Assembly (NCBI RefSeq): GCF_036321535.1
Contig: NC_087436.1
Location: 77,316,001-77,380,000, forward strand
From: Camelus dromedarius
Lineage: Eukaryota
Reading direction: 5' to 3'
Length of the DNA stretch: 64,000 bases
In this document: positions 52,321 through 64,000 of the stretch, one piece after another
Layout: each line of letters starts with the position of its first letter
Numbering within the stretch: the stretch's first letter is position 1
Program-made: the position numbers and the translations under genes
Notes under the pieces: model-generated
Told to the model about the DNA's origin: nothing
What the model saw: only the letters and a program-made list of their open reading frames with translations
Database searches by the model: none

Positions 52321-53049
52321 TCTAATTCTTGCTTTATTCTATTAATCATGAAGTTTTACTTTTATAAAATCTTAGATGTACAACTGTGAACTAGTTGAAA
52401 CATTTGACTTTCCCCATTTCAAAAATACCTTTTCATTATTAATCACCATAACTTTTTGACCATGTTTAGTTTTATAATTATAATTGTATGTTAATTCTCC
52501 AGTATCTATTATTTTTCTATGACTTCTCCTTTAGTATTACACTTGATAATAGTAATGCCCTACTAATTGTTGAAGCCAAACTCTTTGTAACTCAAGGAAA
52601 GGTAAGACAGAATATGAAGAGGTGAAGATGATACACAATCTGTTGTTAGTGATCATCAACATGGTGTTTCTAGATAGACTCTACAATAATTTGAGTAACA
52701 CTTCATGTGAGTAGTAAGCCTTTGGAATATTGCACTTTAAAATATGGAAACAAAACCATGAGGGGTTCTAGCAAAACTCGAGGAGGAGAAAACCCTGGCA
52801 GATTAGCATGCTTCCTCTAGGACAGGGACCGAGTCTTCAACCTGGTATCTGTGGTACCCACATTATGCTCACATTTTTGGTGAACTGAAGAATACACAGG
52901 TGGAGAGGGAAGGATCTCTTCAGTAAGGAATGTGCTTAAGACAGTTATTTTTATTAATGCAAATATGCAGGAGCAGTGTCTCTGAATAGTATTTTGAACA
53001 GTTGTCAAGAGTAAATAATTAATGGTAGGGGGACTGTAGGGAATATAAT

Positions 53050-53480
53050 TGAAGTCAAAGAGAGGGTTTTTAAACTATTGAAAATAAGGACAAAAAATAA
53101 AGTAGTTCTTAAAAAACATATAAGAATTTGAAAATTCAATCATATATTAAGTCATAAATAAAACATCAGTAAGTGTCCTGCTGTAAAAATATTACAAAAA
53201 ACACTCTTCAATCACAAGTTAATAAAATCAGAAATTATTCACAAAATAAAGACCTAAAAGTCCTTCCATCTATAAATGAAAAATAAAATCTTATATTAAA
53301 CAACTTTCAGATAAAAAGGGAAAAATATACTGAAACAACAAAATTTGCAAATAATAATAATAATTAAAACACCACATATTAGGACCAATGACATAGTTAA
53401 ACAGCAATCAGAAGAAAAGTTGAAGCACCAAATGTTTTTAATCACAAAAAAATGAAAGAAGAGAAATTAATGAATTAAGA
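53050..53480 (+). mobile_element. Old L1 ORF2 fragment (continues at 56510-56780)
   Basis: aatcatatattaagtcataaataaaacatcagtaag...aaaacaccacatattaggacc...gaagagaaattaatgaattaag; endonuclease and downstream region. Confidence 0.65.
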
Positions 53481-53579
53481 CCTTTGCTGCTCCTGTCTTA
53501 GTGCATAGATGGAGAAGTGAGAGAAGAAGCAGGTGAATGAGAGATACCAGCCCTGCTTGGTGTATAAATAGTTAAGATT

Positions 53580-56462
53580 TTATACCTGACCACTGTGGAG
53601 TAATGGGGACCAGATTTACCTCCCTTATGAAACAACTAAAGAAAGTAGATAAAACATATGAAACAACAGTTGTCCTGACATTGGATATCAGGAAACAAAG
53701 GGCAGTTACCCCTGAAAAATGGAAAATAAGTGAGATGTGCCCCACAATTTTCCCAAATCACTGCCTAGAGAAAGTGCCTGGGTTGCAGTGCAGGGAGGGG
53801 AAACCCAGAAGTCTCCATGAGTTGAAGAGATGAAGCTGGTAGTCTGGGAAGGCCAACGCCGCTGTGGTTCACCGGGCAGTAGACTGGAGAAGAGCAGGCC
53901 ACACAGAGAGATGACATCTAGGTCTGTGGAGGGCCCCTCTCAAGCAGTCAGCTGAGTATCAGTGATGCATGTGGGCAGCTTTCCTGGAGTGGGAGGAATT
54001 AATTACCTGAAAGGATGACAAGGAACAGGCTTTAAAGCCAATGCAGGGCCACTAGCTTGAGTGGAAAAACCTCACAATTCACAGAGCATCAGGTAGAATA
54101 CTCAGAGGGGATTTGCCTCGGTAATAGGAAAAATTAACCCTAGACTAGATGTTGCTCTTGGCCCACCTAACAAAGCAAAAACTGAATGGATGAAACTAAT
54201 TTAAGTAATTGGACAACTTTCCAGAATAAACTCAAGAATATTTATAGGAATACAGAAATATTCAGCACCCAAGAGGTAAAATTCAGTCAGGCATCTAATA
54301 GAGATCACAAAAAATAAAAAAGAAACAGGAAAATACTACAGATAATAGGTTCTATTGAATGAGGAGAAAAGTCAGCCAACAAAACTGACTCAGGATTGAT
54401 ACAGATGAGGGAATTAGTGATCAATAATGTTAACATTTATTACTTATGATCCATATATTCAAGAAATTAGAGAAAAGACTGAACCAATGTTAAGTAAAGA
54501 GAAGTTTTTTAAATAACCCAAATTGAACTTCTAGTGAAAAAAAAGTGTTGAAATGAAAAATATTTTGGATAGGATTAAAAGTAAATTAGACATTGAGGGA
54601 AAAATACAAGCAAAAAAGACACAGTTGTTGAATTAACAATAGAATCTGTACAGAACTAAACACAGAAAGAAAAAAGCACGGAAAAATGTGTGGCAATTCT
54701 GTAAGCTGAGGGATAACTTCAAACAGACTAATATACGGGCAATTTAAATTAACAAAAGAGAGACAGGGAAGAAAAAAATATGAGAAATAATGCTGAAAAA
54801 TTCCAAATTTGATGGAATCTATAAACCCACAAATCCAGAAACCTCAATGAACTCCAACTGTAAGAAGTATAAAGAAAATTACACCAAAGTACATCAGAAT
54901 CAAATTTCTTAAAGTGAGTGACAGAGAAAAAATTTCTTAAAAGCAGCAGAAGAGGGGAAGGAGAAAGAAGATACATTATATCCAGAGAGACAAAGGTAAG
55001 GAAGACAGGATATTTCTGGTAGGAAACAATGCAAGTGGGAAGACACTGGAAAAATACCTTTAAACAACTGAAAGAAAAATGTCAACCAAGAATTTTTTGA
55101 CCCAACCTTTACCCAGTTTACCCAAAATTATCATTCAAGAAACTAGCAAAATAAGATTCTCAAACATAGAAAAGCCGAAGTAATTCATCATCAACTGACC
55201 AGTACTACGAGAAATGTTAAGGGAAGTCATTTAAGCAGGAGAATTATACCAGACAGAATCCTGGATGTACACAAAGGAATGAAGAATACAAAAAATGATA
55301 AGTACTTTGGTAAACAGAAAGATTTTTAAATTTATTTCAATATGTTTAAAATATAATCAACTATTTAAAGCAAAAATAATGACAATTTGTGGGTTTTCTA
55401 ACACGTGCAGAAGCATAATCCATACAAGGAAAACTGAAAAATTGTACTTCATGAAAATTAAGAATGTCTATTCTTCAAATGATACCCTTAGCAGAATGAA
55501 AAGGCAAGTCACAGACTTGGAAATACTTTTAAAGCATATATCTGATAAAAGACTTGGATCCAGGCTATATAAAGAACTCTCAAAACTCAATTATTAGAAA
55601 ACAAAGAAGGCGATAATAAAAGCAGGCAATTGACTTGAACAGGTATCTTACCAGAAACAGTACATGGATGGCAAAGAAACACTTGAAAAGATGTTCAACA
55701 ATAATAATCTCACTAGGAAAATACAAAGTAAAACCATAATGAAATACACCTCACACCTATCAGTATAGCTAAAATAAATGACTGATCATATCACCTTTTG
55801 GCAAAGATGTGGAACTCTCATTCTCTGCTAGTGGGAATGTAAAATAGTACAATCACTTTGGAGAATTTTTTTGACAGTTTCTTATTGGTTAAATATTCAT
55901 CTACTATATGAATTAGTCATTCTCCCAGTTAGTTATCAAAAAGAGATGCTCATACAAACACTTGTACGTGGTCATTGGAGCATGATTCATAACAGCCCCA
56001 AACCGGAAACAACCCAAATGTCCGTTAACAGGCTAATGGATAAAAAAGCAGTAGTGTAGACATAGAAAGGAATACTAAGCAAAAAAATCCCAAAAAACAA
56101 ACAAACAAAAAACAATAAATTGCTGATCCATGTTACAACATGGGTGAATCCCAAAATGATTATGCTGAGTGAAAGACGCCAGATAAAAGAGTCCATAAAT
56201 GATTCTATTTATACAAAATTCTAAAAATGCAAACTAATCTATAGTATAAGAAAGCAGATCTGTGATTGTCTCGGGATGAGAGGTTGGGGAGAGGTGGGAG
56301 AAAGATCATACAAGGTGAAAAGAAAGGTTTTGGGGTAATAGGTGTGTTCATCATCCTTACTGTCAGTACAGTTTTATGGATTTTATGCAGGCAAAACCTA
56401 AATAATGCACTTTAAATATGTGCATATTTTAATGTATGTCAATGATACCTATTAAAATATAA
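53580..56462 (+). mobile_element. L1MC/MD-like LINE: 5' UTR and ORF1 joined to ORF2 end and 3' UTR
   Basis: 5'-region motifs (ggagtaatggggaccagatttacc), ORF1 remnant (54650-55290), then ORF2 C-terminus (RMKRQVTDLE...HISDKRLGSRLYKELSKLN) and a 3' UTR ending near 56460. Confidence 0.85.
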
Positions 56463-56509
56463 AAGTAAAATGAATAGATGGATTAAATAACTACAGCCTA
56501 CCCCATCCC

Positions 56510-56780
56510 CCAAAAAACAGATAAAAAAACAGCAAATCAAAGGAAGCTCAAAAGAGGAGTTACTAAATATAAAAGTAAAGACAATGGGAAAATAGTCTAC
56601 CTTACTAATAATTCAGTCCTGTTGTCATGAAAAAAAGTAACAAAATAGACAAACCACTTGCTAATTTCACAAGGAAAAAGGGTCAGGAGAGCAAAATTAT
56701 ATAAAATAAGAAATGATAATAGGTAAATCACTATTAAAACATAAAAATCTCATTTCACAATAAATTCTAAAAACGTTAGT
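56510..56780 (+). mobile_element. Old L1 ORF2 fragment
   Basis: gaaaaaaagtaacaaaatagacaaaccacttgctaat encodes the L1 ORF2 motif NKIDKPLA. Confidence 0.7.
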
Positions 56781-56824
56781 ATTGTCCATCCATATCTTTG
56801 TTTCCTTGAGTTCATTTCTTCTTA

Positions 56825-57056
56825 GACTCAGTAGCAGCTGCAACAACTGTTTAGCAATTAGATGCACACAAAATTGTTGTGGATAAGAATACTTTATCAC
56901 TGATGTGGTTTAGAATTGTTGACTCATGCTAATAATAAAAAGCAGACTAGTTTTAGTTGGTTTTATTACTTTTAAATTTTCTGCTCACCGTGCACCCCTT
57001 TCTTGCCTGCATCCAGGTTAGACCACTCCCACTGTTCCATTCTTGATACATCACTA
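56825..57056. mobile_element. Possible hAT-Tip100-type DNA transposon end
   Basis: gtagcagctgcaac...gtgcacccctttcttgcctgcatccagg resembles ancient hAT ends; family uncertain. Confidence 0.35.
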
Positions 57057-57059
57057 CAT

Positions 57060-58120
57060 CCAAGTACTTTCTTAATATTTCCTGAATATTTGTTTCCATT
57101 ATTTTTCTAATTCTTAAAAGATTTGTCTTATTCTCTGAGTGTTTCTTTTTTACATCATGGTGAGCTACTTTCTTTCAACTCTTTGAGGATGTCAATTTTG
57201 TGTATTTTGAGATTTTTATTTTGCTTTCTTCATTGACTAAATTTCTCTTGAGTCTCCTTTTCTCTTTGTCTTTTTTATCATTTTTGTTTATGTTAGAAAC
57301 TTCCCTCCAATGTCTGGAGTTCCTTAGTTTATTTATATGTAAGAGAAAGGACTAAAAACTCCATTTGGAAGGTCTCTGTCTCCGTGGCAGAATTTTTCTA
57401 AAGGTACCAAAGTAGATCTCATCATGGAGCTCCTGAGTGAAGAAGAACCCAATTAGTCAAGGGGGTCTTAACCCAAGTCAGGTTCTTTCTCTTCAGAGGT
57501 CAGTTTCACCAGCAAAGACTTCTCTAATCATCTGCCCATTACAGGGACAAAATGGTGGCAAGTATAGACCTCATTGCCAGTCTGAGAGTTAATCAGAAAA
57601 GGGAGCTGGGATGTTCTTATTTAGACCTTCTGGTTTGTTGACACTTTATGATTATGTTTTCAGTGTAGCTTCTGATCCTCCTGCTTGACTGGTCTCTGAG
57701 TTACAGAGACCCTGTATTTTTCAACGTCTCTAAATGTGTGCAAGGGAAGGAAAGACACTTTCCTGGATGCCAGAGCTACGTTGGGGATGGAAGACTGTTC
57801 TAACCAGTACTCATACAGGTTTTCACATAACTTGGATACCCAGTGGAGCTTTCACGTGCCTAGTGCCTCTAATTTTCTCTCCCTTTTGCAGAGAACACTC
57901 AGGCATCCACCTCTTCTGCTGCATTAACCAATGCCCCACAATCTGCTTTACATCGTCTATGGTTTTGTGGGTTTCTCTCTTTGTCATTCACTTCCTCCCT
58001 AGTTCTCATTGCCCTTGTGAGTTTACACAATTTTTATCCCTTTACTGTAATTTCATTAGGCTTTCCAGAGGGAGCAGAGGTAAATGGGTGTGTTCAATCT
58101 GTCAAATTTAGCCAGAAGTT
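57060..58120 (-). mobile_element. HAL1 (half-L1) 5' portion
   Basis: Minus strand begins ACTTCTGGCTAAATTTGACAGATTGAACACACCCATTTACCTCTGCTCCCTC, matching the HAL1-type 5' end as I recall it. Confidence 0.7.
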
Positions 58121-59309
58121 TGGACTCTTCCTCTATGACATAATTAGAATAATAACATTAAAATTTATAGATTGAAGCTGCCTGTAATTTTCAAGTGTTT
58201 GGGTGGATTTTCTTTTGCCTTAAAAAAAAAATGTGTCCCATTAGGCAATCACAAATACTCGGTAAATTTAACTTAGAAGAGAGAAGAAAATATCTCTTAA
58301 AAAGCCTCCAAATACACTTACTTTATACTTATTTTATATTATATTTTAAATATACTTAAAAATGAAACAAATACATTTATACAACTGGTGTTCAAAGTTG
58401 AATAAGTGATTATCAGATAATGAGAATTAAAAGGAAAGTAAAAGCAAAATGTATCAAGATTAAATTTTCCCCCCACACTTCACTGGTGCTGAAATGTGTT
58501 ACGAACTATCTTTCTTTGTAATGCTTTTGGCGTTTCACATTCATAGCAGATCAAAACTAGCATATGTTCTTTCCCTGATTTTCCATTTCTTCACTAACTT
58601 AAACATTGTGGAGACTGGCTGTATTACTCACCAATGGTGAACTAAAGTAGTTGGCTTAAAATTGATTTAAATTAAATCTGATATTTCAAAGATACAAACC
58701 ATGTTTTAACAGTATTACCACAGCACCCAAGAGATATTATATAATCAGTTGGTTGGAGGTATGAATTTATCAATTGGTCTTTTCTCATCTAGAATACTTT
58801 TCATGGTTGTATTGTTTTTCTTTTACTTCAGATAAAATCTAAAGTTTTCATCTTTCCACCCAAGACCCTCAGCCTTTCAGCAAAAATAAAGTAAAAACTA
58901 ATAAAAGAAAGTAGATCACCATGAGTTAGGGCATTGCTCTATATGTTCCAAGATAACATTTAGATAGTTCAAGAAAAATATTTACTTTCAATGTGAAAGA
59001 ACATCTATGTATCATTTCTAGAAAAAAACATTTTTATTTTGGCTCACAAGTAAAATATGACATAGTTCAACATTCCAGGTCATTTAACAGAGGTATGTAC
59101 ATATTCTTATTTTCCTTCTGGAACACTTTATTTACTACTTTACTACTGTAATATTTTTAAATAGCTAAAATACCTTCAGAAAATTATTTAACTAGGCCGT
59201 ACTTCACTTTACTCCTCCAAAAGGATAAAGAATGTAGAAAATGAACTGTATTAACTCAAGTGCGCTGGAATGTTTCATTGCTTTAAGGACAATAAATGCC
59301 TGGAAAAAA

Positions 59310-59555
59310 CATACAGAAGTGGTTAAAAGTCATGGACTCTTCAGCCAGACTGCCTGAGTTCAAATCTTGATTCCACTGTTCTTGTCTTGTGGAAGCATGG
59401 CCCTTGGTGTCCTCATCTTTAAAATAGGGCTAATAATAGTCCCACATAGAAATGTTAAGGAATTTAAAGAAAGAACACACCTAAACAGCCCTGCATAGTG
59501 TCAGTTACTTAGTAAGAACTCAATAAATGTTCTATATTGATTGTCATTATTATCA
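59310..59555 (+). mobile_element. MIR SINE
   Basis: gtggttaaaagtcatggactcttcagccagactgcctgagttcaaatc...cctcatctttaaaatagg...ctcaataaatgtt. Confidence 0.88.
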
Positions 59556-60419
59556 TAAACTATTATTGTTACCATTATTAACAAGTCAAGGAGGCTTATT
59601 TTAAGATGTTGCCTAAGTATATTCTGTTGTTAGATCTGGGACAGATCCTTTAGGTTTCGGTTTCTAAAATCCTGTGCTCCCATTGACAAGCAAAATATAT
59701 TTCAGAAAATGGTCTAGAGAACAAATGTAAAATTATTGGTAAAATATGTTAGGAAATTCTTCATCCCACTTTGAAGTGATAGCAATATTAATAAATTTGT
59801 AAATAGAATTTCTTTTTGCAACAGTTAATTGGAAGGCTAAGGAAAGCTCAAGTCAGTTTTGCATCTAATGAATAACAAACAATTTCTGTGTCTAAAACCA
59901 TGAATGTGGGGATTTTCCTTGAGAACATATTATAATTTAAGAATTAATAGCAACAACAGAATTCCACTTGGTTTTGGAAAGAAAACTATCCTTAATATTT
60001 CCATATTCAGACCTCGGTAAATAATCTTAAAACTGACATGATTTGTTGCACAATAGTAATATTCTTTTTTATCCCCTTATTTTTCCAAACGTGTAGAATA
60101 TTATTTTCTCTAATATTATTTGTTTCTTTAATTCTGAGTCTACAAAACTTTGGCTTAGCACTTTTCATGTATTCCAATGATAATAGAGTAATAAACTGAA
60201 AAATACTGTGGTAAAACAAAAAGCAGTAGACTGAAGAATGTTACTATGGATTCTGTTTGCTTTTTAAAAAATTTTTTCCAGTAGCATGATTTATTTTAGT
60301 TCTTTCTTCATTTTCTTTTGACCTCAGATTTTTGAAACTTTTCAAAGCCATATTCTGTATTTATTCTTTCCTATTATAAATTCTTTCAAATGTACATTTC
60401 CTTCTGTATTCCCAATTGA

Positions 60420-60800
60420 TCTCATCAAGTAAACTAGGAGACTGGGAATTAACCTAAGTCCTTCGTTCTTCCATACACTCTACATTCAATCCGTCATCAT
60501 CTCATGCATTTTGCTTTTAAAAAAACTCTCAATTCCATTCTCTGTCTTTTCTGCCCCTGTCTTAGTTCCTGCACCAGTCCCAAATATGAGGATTTGAAGA
60601 AGTAATCATCCTTGAAACATAGCCTTCAAACCCACTCTTCCTTCCACATTGGTATCAATGTGCTTTCTATAAAGCATAACCCCTTCAGAGGTCACACATC
60701 GCCCACAGCATTAATCTAAGCTTTTAAGTATGAGAGACAAAGCCTACCTTTTCCGGTTCCTGCCTACTTATCCAGTATCTTGCTTTGACCTTCGCACCAA
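60420..60800 (+). mobile_element. L2 LINE fragment
   Basis: ctacattcaatccgtcatc...ccttccacattgg...cacagcattaatctaagc. Confidence 0.55.
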
Positions 60801-61252
60801 TAGTATACCCATTTTTTAAAAGATGCTTTTACTCTTCGAACTTGCATACAACCAAAAGAGATTAACTCCTTTTTCCTGTGCTCAGGAAAAGGGATTTTGA
60901 TTAACCAAGACAAAGTTTCTTAGATACATGAAAACAAGATTGCAGGTTGCTGCTATTGGCTGTCTCCCTTCAATGGTGAGGTTGAGATTCCAAAAAAAAA
61001 AAAGGAAGGTAGATGCATCTTTATCCTAATAAATGTCTGTACTCTGGGTGCTGCCACAAAGCTTTCACAGATTTCCTAGTCACCTGCAGAATTGAGGCCA
61101 CCAGTTTGGTCTCATAGGCAAAAGAATATATATAAGGTTCTATGTGAAAGCTTTGGCTTACACTAATGCCAGCTCAACACTCTTTTGGTTGTTGACTCCT
61201 CAGGCTTGGCAATGCCACCATAAGCATGCCTAGAGGGAAATTCATGTGTGTT

Positions 61253-61748
61253 TGTGGTAGGCAGCCCCTTACGTGGCTCCAGTGCTCCTCCAGTGCTCCT
61301 CCCATCCTGATATTCATGTCCTAATGCCATCACCTTACCTTGAGTGGGTTGGACTTTGTGACTCACGTTTAACAGACAGAATACAGCAGACATGATGGCA
61401 TGTCACGCATGAGATTGAGTTATAAAAGACTGTGACTTCCTTCTTGAGCAAGGAAGTCTTCTTCCTTTCTTAGATTGCTCATTCTGGGGAAAGCAAGCTG
61501 ACATATTATGAGCAGCCCTTGGGAGAAACCCACTTGAGTGAGCTTGGAAATGACTCTATTCCCAATCAAGCCTTGAGATGACTGTAGCCCTGGCCAGCAG
61601 CTTGCCAACAACCTCATGAGAGACCTTGAGACAGAGGCACCCAGGTCAGCAGGGACCAGATTCTTGGCTCACAGGAACTGTGAAATAATAAATGTTGTTT
61701 TAAGCTGCTAAATTTTAAGGATAATTTGGGCAATAAATAACTAATACA
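61253..61748 (+). mobile_element. MaLR solo LTR (MLT1F-like), full length
   Basis: TGTGGTAGGCAGCC...AATAAATGTTGTTTTAAGCTGCT...AACTAATACA termini; near-TSD GTGTT/CTGTT (4 of 5). Confidence 0.9.
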
Positions 61749-64000
61749 CTGTTCTTCACAACTGTCACACTGCCATGCAGTGCATTGGCTGCTGTTAGCT
61801 TAATTACACCACTAAAATATTGAACAGCTCTAGAAATTCCCAGATGCACTGTGTTGTTTCACTTCTTCCCCCTTTTCACGTGTCTCTTTTCTTCTTAGAC
61901 TGCCCTTCATCTCCACTTGTTCTCTATCTAGTCTTACTTTGAGATTTCCTGAGGTGGTAACCTTACATAGCATTTCCTCTGTATTACTTCTGGGCTTTGT
62001 ACCTACTGCTCACATTTTGTTGTAATGATTTGAGAGATCTGCTAACTCAAACTCACAACCGAATGCTATGTGCCCCTTTTCTCAGTGTGTATGTTTAAAG
62101 ATGACACCTACCTTTCCTCTTGAAAAATCTAAAGGAAAACCTTTGTGAGAGTAGTAAGCATCTGATTTATTTAGTTTTTTTAATTTTTGAAAGCTTTCAA
62201 ATGCCAATCAAATCATGCATTGAAAAAAGTACGAGGTAATTCCACGTTGTTAAAATAAACATTAAGTTAGAATATCTGGGTAAACAAAACCAGCACAGTA
62301 AAATCACCAGATCTTCTGCATTTTAAAAATGCCCTGTGGCAATTTTCCTTGAAACCTCCACTGACAATAAAAAGGAAGGCATGCATGAGGAAATGCACAA
62401 TAATGGCTTATAAAATAGCTTTCAAATTACAAGGAGTCAAACGTTCTGGTTTCTATCAGGACCCAGTGGCCATAAGCAAGCTTTAATGGGTGCAGGTGCA
62501 GTTGTTTCTAAACATGTTTTTGTTTTCACTTAATCCCGTTATCACTGGCTGTTACCCCAGTGCCTGCTCCATCTGTTCGCCCTCACCGTTCGCTCATTTA
62601 GCACTGCCCTGGCAAGCTCAGTTTACCAACAGGAAGAAGAAAATGCCTTGATTTCACCATGATCTAGTAGTGAGTGACCTAGTTTTCTTAAGTTCGTTGG
62701 CCTAAAACTGTGGAAGGCTTTGGCCAAGTTGATTTTCATCAACTATTCATGATTTTTTTTTCCTTGTAATGTCATTTCCTACATATAGATTTCTAAAAAA
62801 AAAAATTGCTGATTATTTTTATTTTCATCAGTTCTCATTGGGGTTCTTTGCTGATTTATTTTTATAATTCATAGTTTTTATTATCAGCTTCTCATGTGTT
62901 TACTATGCTATAACCCAAAATTGCCTCATTACTAAAAGCTTCCATAAACTTTTCTCTTTATTATAGGTGATTTCACCTTTAAAATGCTGTGCAAAGATTT
63001 CCCTGCATTTAAAAAAAAAAATTGTTTGTTTTGAGTGTAGACACTGGAAGCAGGAAAAAGACCAATCTGATTGGAAATGTGCCAGAAAGGGTGGAATATT
63101 TGAAAGAAATGATTCAGTTTCATGGTTTTCCTTTATAAATCTTGCTGTTTACTTGGAGAACAGCCATAGATACTCTGGGAGTTTGCTTTAAGAATCACAC
63201 ACCTTGAACTCTTGAGTTCTGCTTGCTGTTTCCAGATGGATAGACTGACCTGCTGCCTGTTCTTCTATTACACATTAACTTTGCTTCTCCAGCTTTTTAA
63301 TAATTAATAAATATCTCCCCTTTTGACTGAAAATACAGAAGACAGTGAGATCATATAAGAGGCTTGGTTAGGAAATGCATATGAGTTTTCATCTACTTAG
63401 TCAATAAAGAAAAGAAACAGCAACTGGAGTTGCATTATTATCTTCTGTTTACTTTTCTATATCCCTCTAGACTTTGAGCTCATTCTTCTCTGTATTCTTT
63501 GTGTTAGAAAAGAGCTGGTTATATAATAGACTCTCTACAAATGTTTTGAGGAAAGGAAGAAAAAGAAACCCAGTATAAATTTTTCATTGTCCGCCAAATG
63601 CCATGACAATCATTTTAGCATTGTTTTCTAACTTTTGATGAACTATAAGCCTTATTGAAACACTTGGTATAGGTTAGTTTTAAAACTCCCAGGAATATAC
63701 ATGTATACTACTAAATCAGTATTAATTGTGCCCACATCAGTAATGTGGTTATGGTCACTTATCATCTGTATGTGGCTATAATTTTGAGATAAGGTAATGT
63801 ATTAAGTTCTGTAAATAATAACTTTGAAGTCTGCATAAATCTCCCAGCCTGAACTGTAACAGAAAATCTATGAAGGGGCATTAGATATAAATTAAAACTT
63901 GTAAAGGCATGCAAGTAAACTTTTAATGAACTACTAAATTACTTTTTGAACTTATAAAATAAGAAGTGTATAGAGTTCTTACAGGGAAAATAAGGCATTT

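Noticed and set aside
57734..58111. Longest ORF (125 aa)
   Set aside because: Antisense to a HAL1 5' region, with no recognisable protein features.
684..63191. Short ORFs of the six-frame track as genes
   Set aside because: All are 125 aa or shorter, many start at non-ATG codons and many lie in repeats. The recognisable ones are L1 ORF2 remnants.
1..64000. Prokaryote-type systems (CRISPR arrays, operons, defence islands)
   Set aside because: The sequence is clearly mammalian non-coding DNA, with no regularly spaced repeats or gene-dense regions.

Overview
An AT-rich, CpG-poor placental-mammal window that is intronic or intergenic. Roughly half of it is decayed interspersed repeats: L1/HAL1, L2, MIR, MaLR/ERVL solo LTRs, and hAT-Charlie and Tigger DNA-transposon remnants. 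None of the listed ORFs looks like a genuine standalone gene, and I see no tRNA, rRNA, CRISPR array or CpG island. The younger L1 3' ends resemble cetartiodactyl ones and I recognise no Alu, B1, Bov-tA, CHR, PRE-1 or Can-SINE copies, which suggests a camelid-like genome (inference only). The most interesting items are: (1) a ~345-bp TSD-flanked mini-L1 whose 5' end is joined directly to the 3' UTR at a splice-like AG (29787-30130); (2) a 361-bp polyadenylated 3'UTR retrocopy with a perfect 16-bp TSD (30670-31030); (3) a strong 15-nt microexon candidate with RBFOX and SRRM4-type motifs (22649-22663); (4) a 19-bp-stem hairpin flanked by a 5-bp direct repeat (17291-17333). Repeat family names come from recalled consensus sequences, and most repeat boundaries are approximate.
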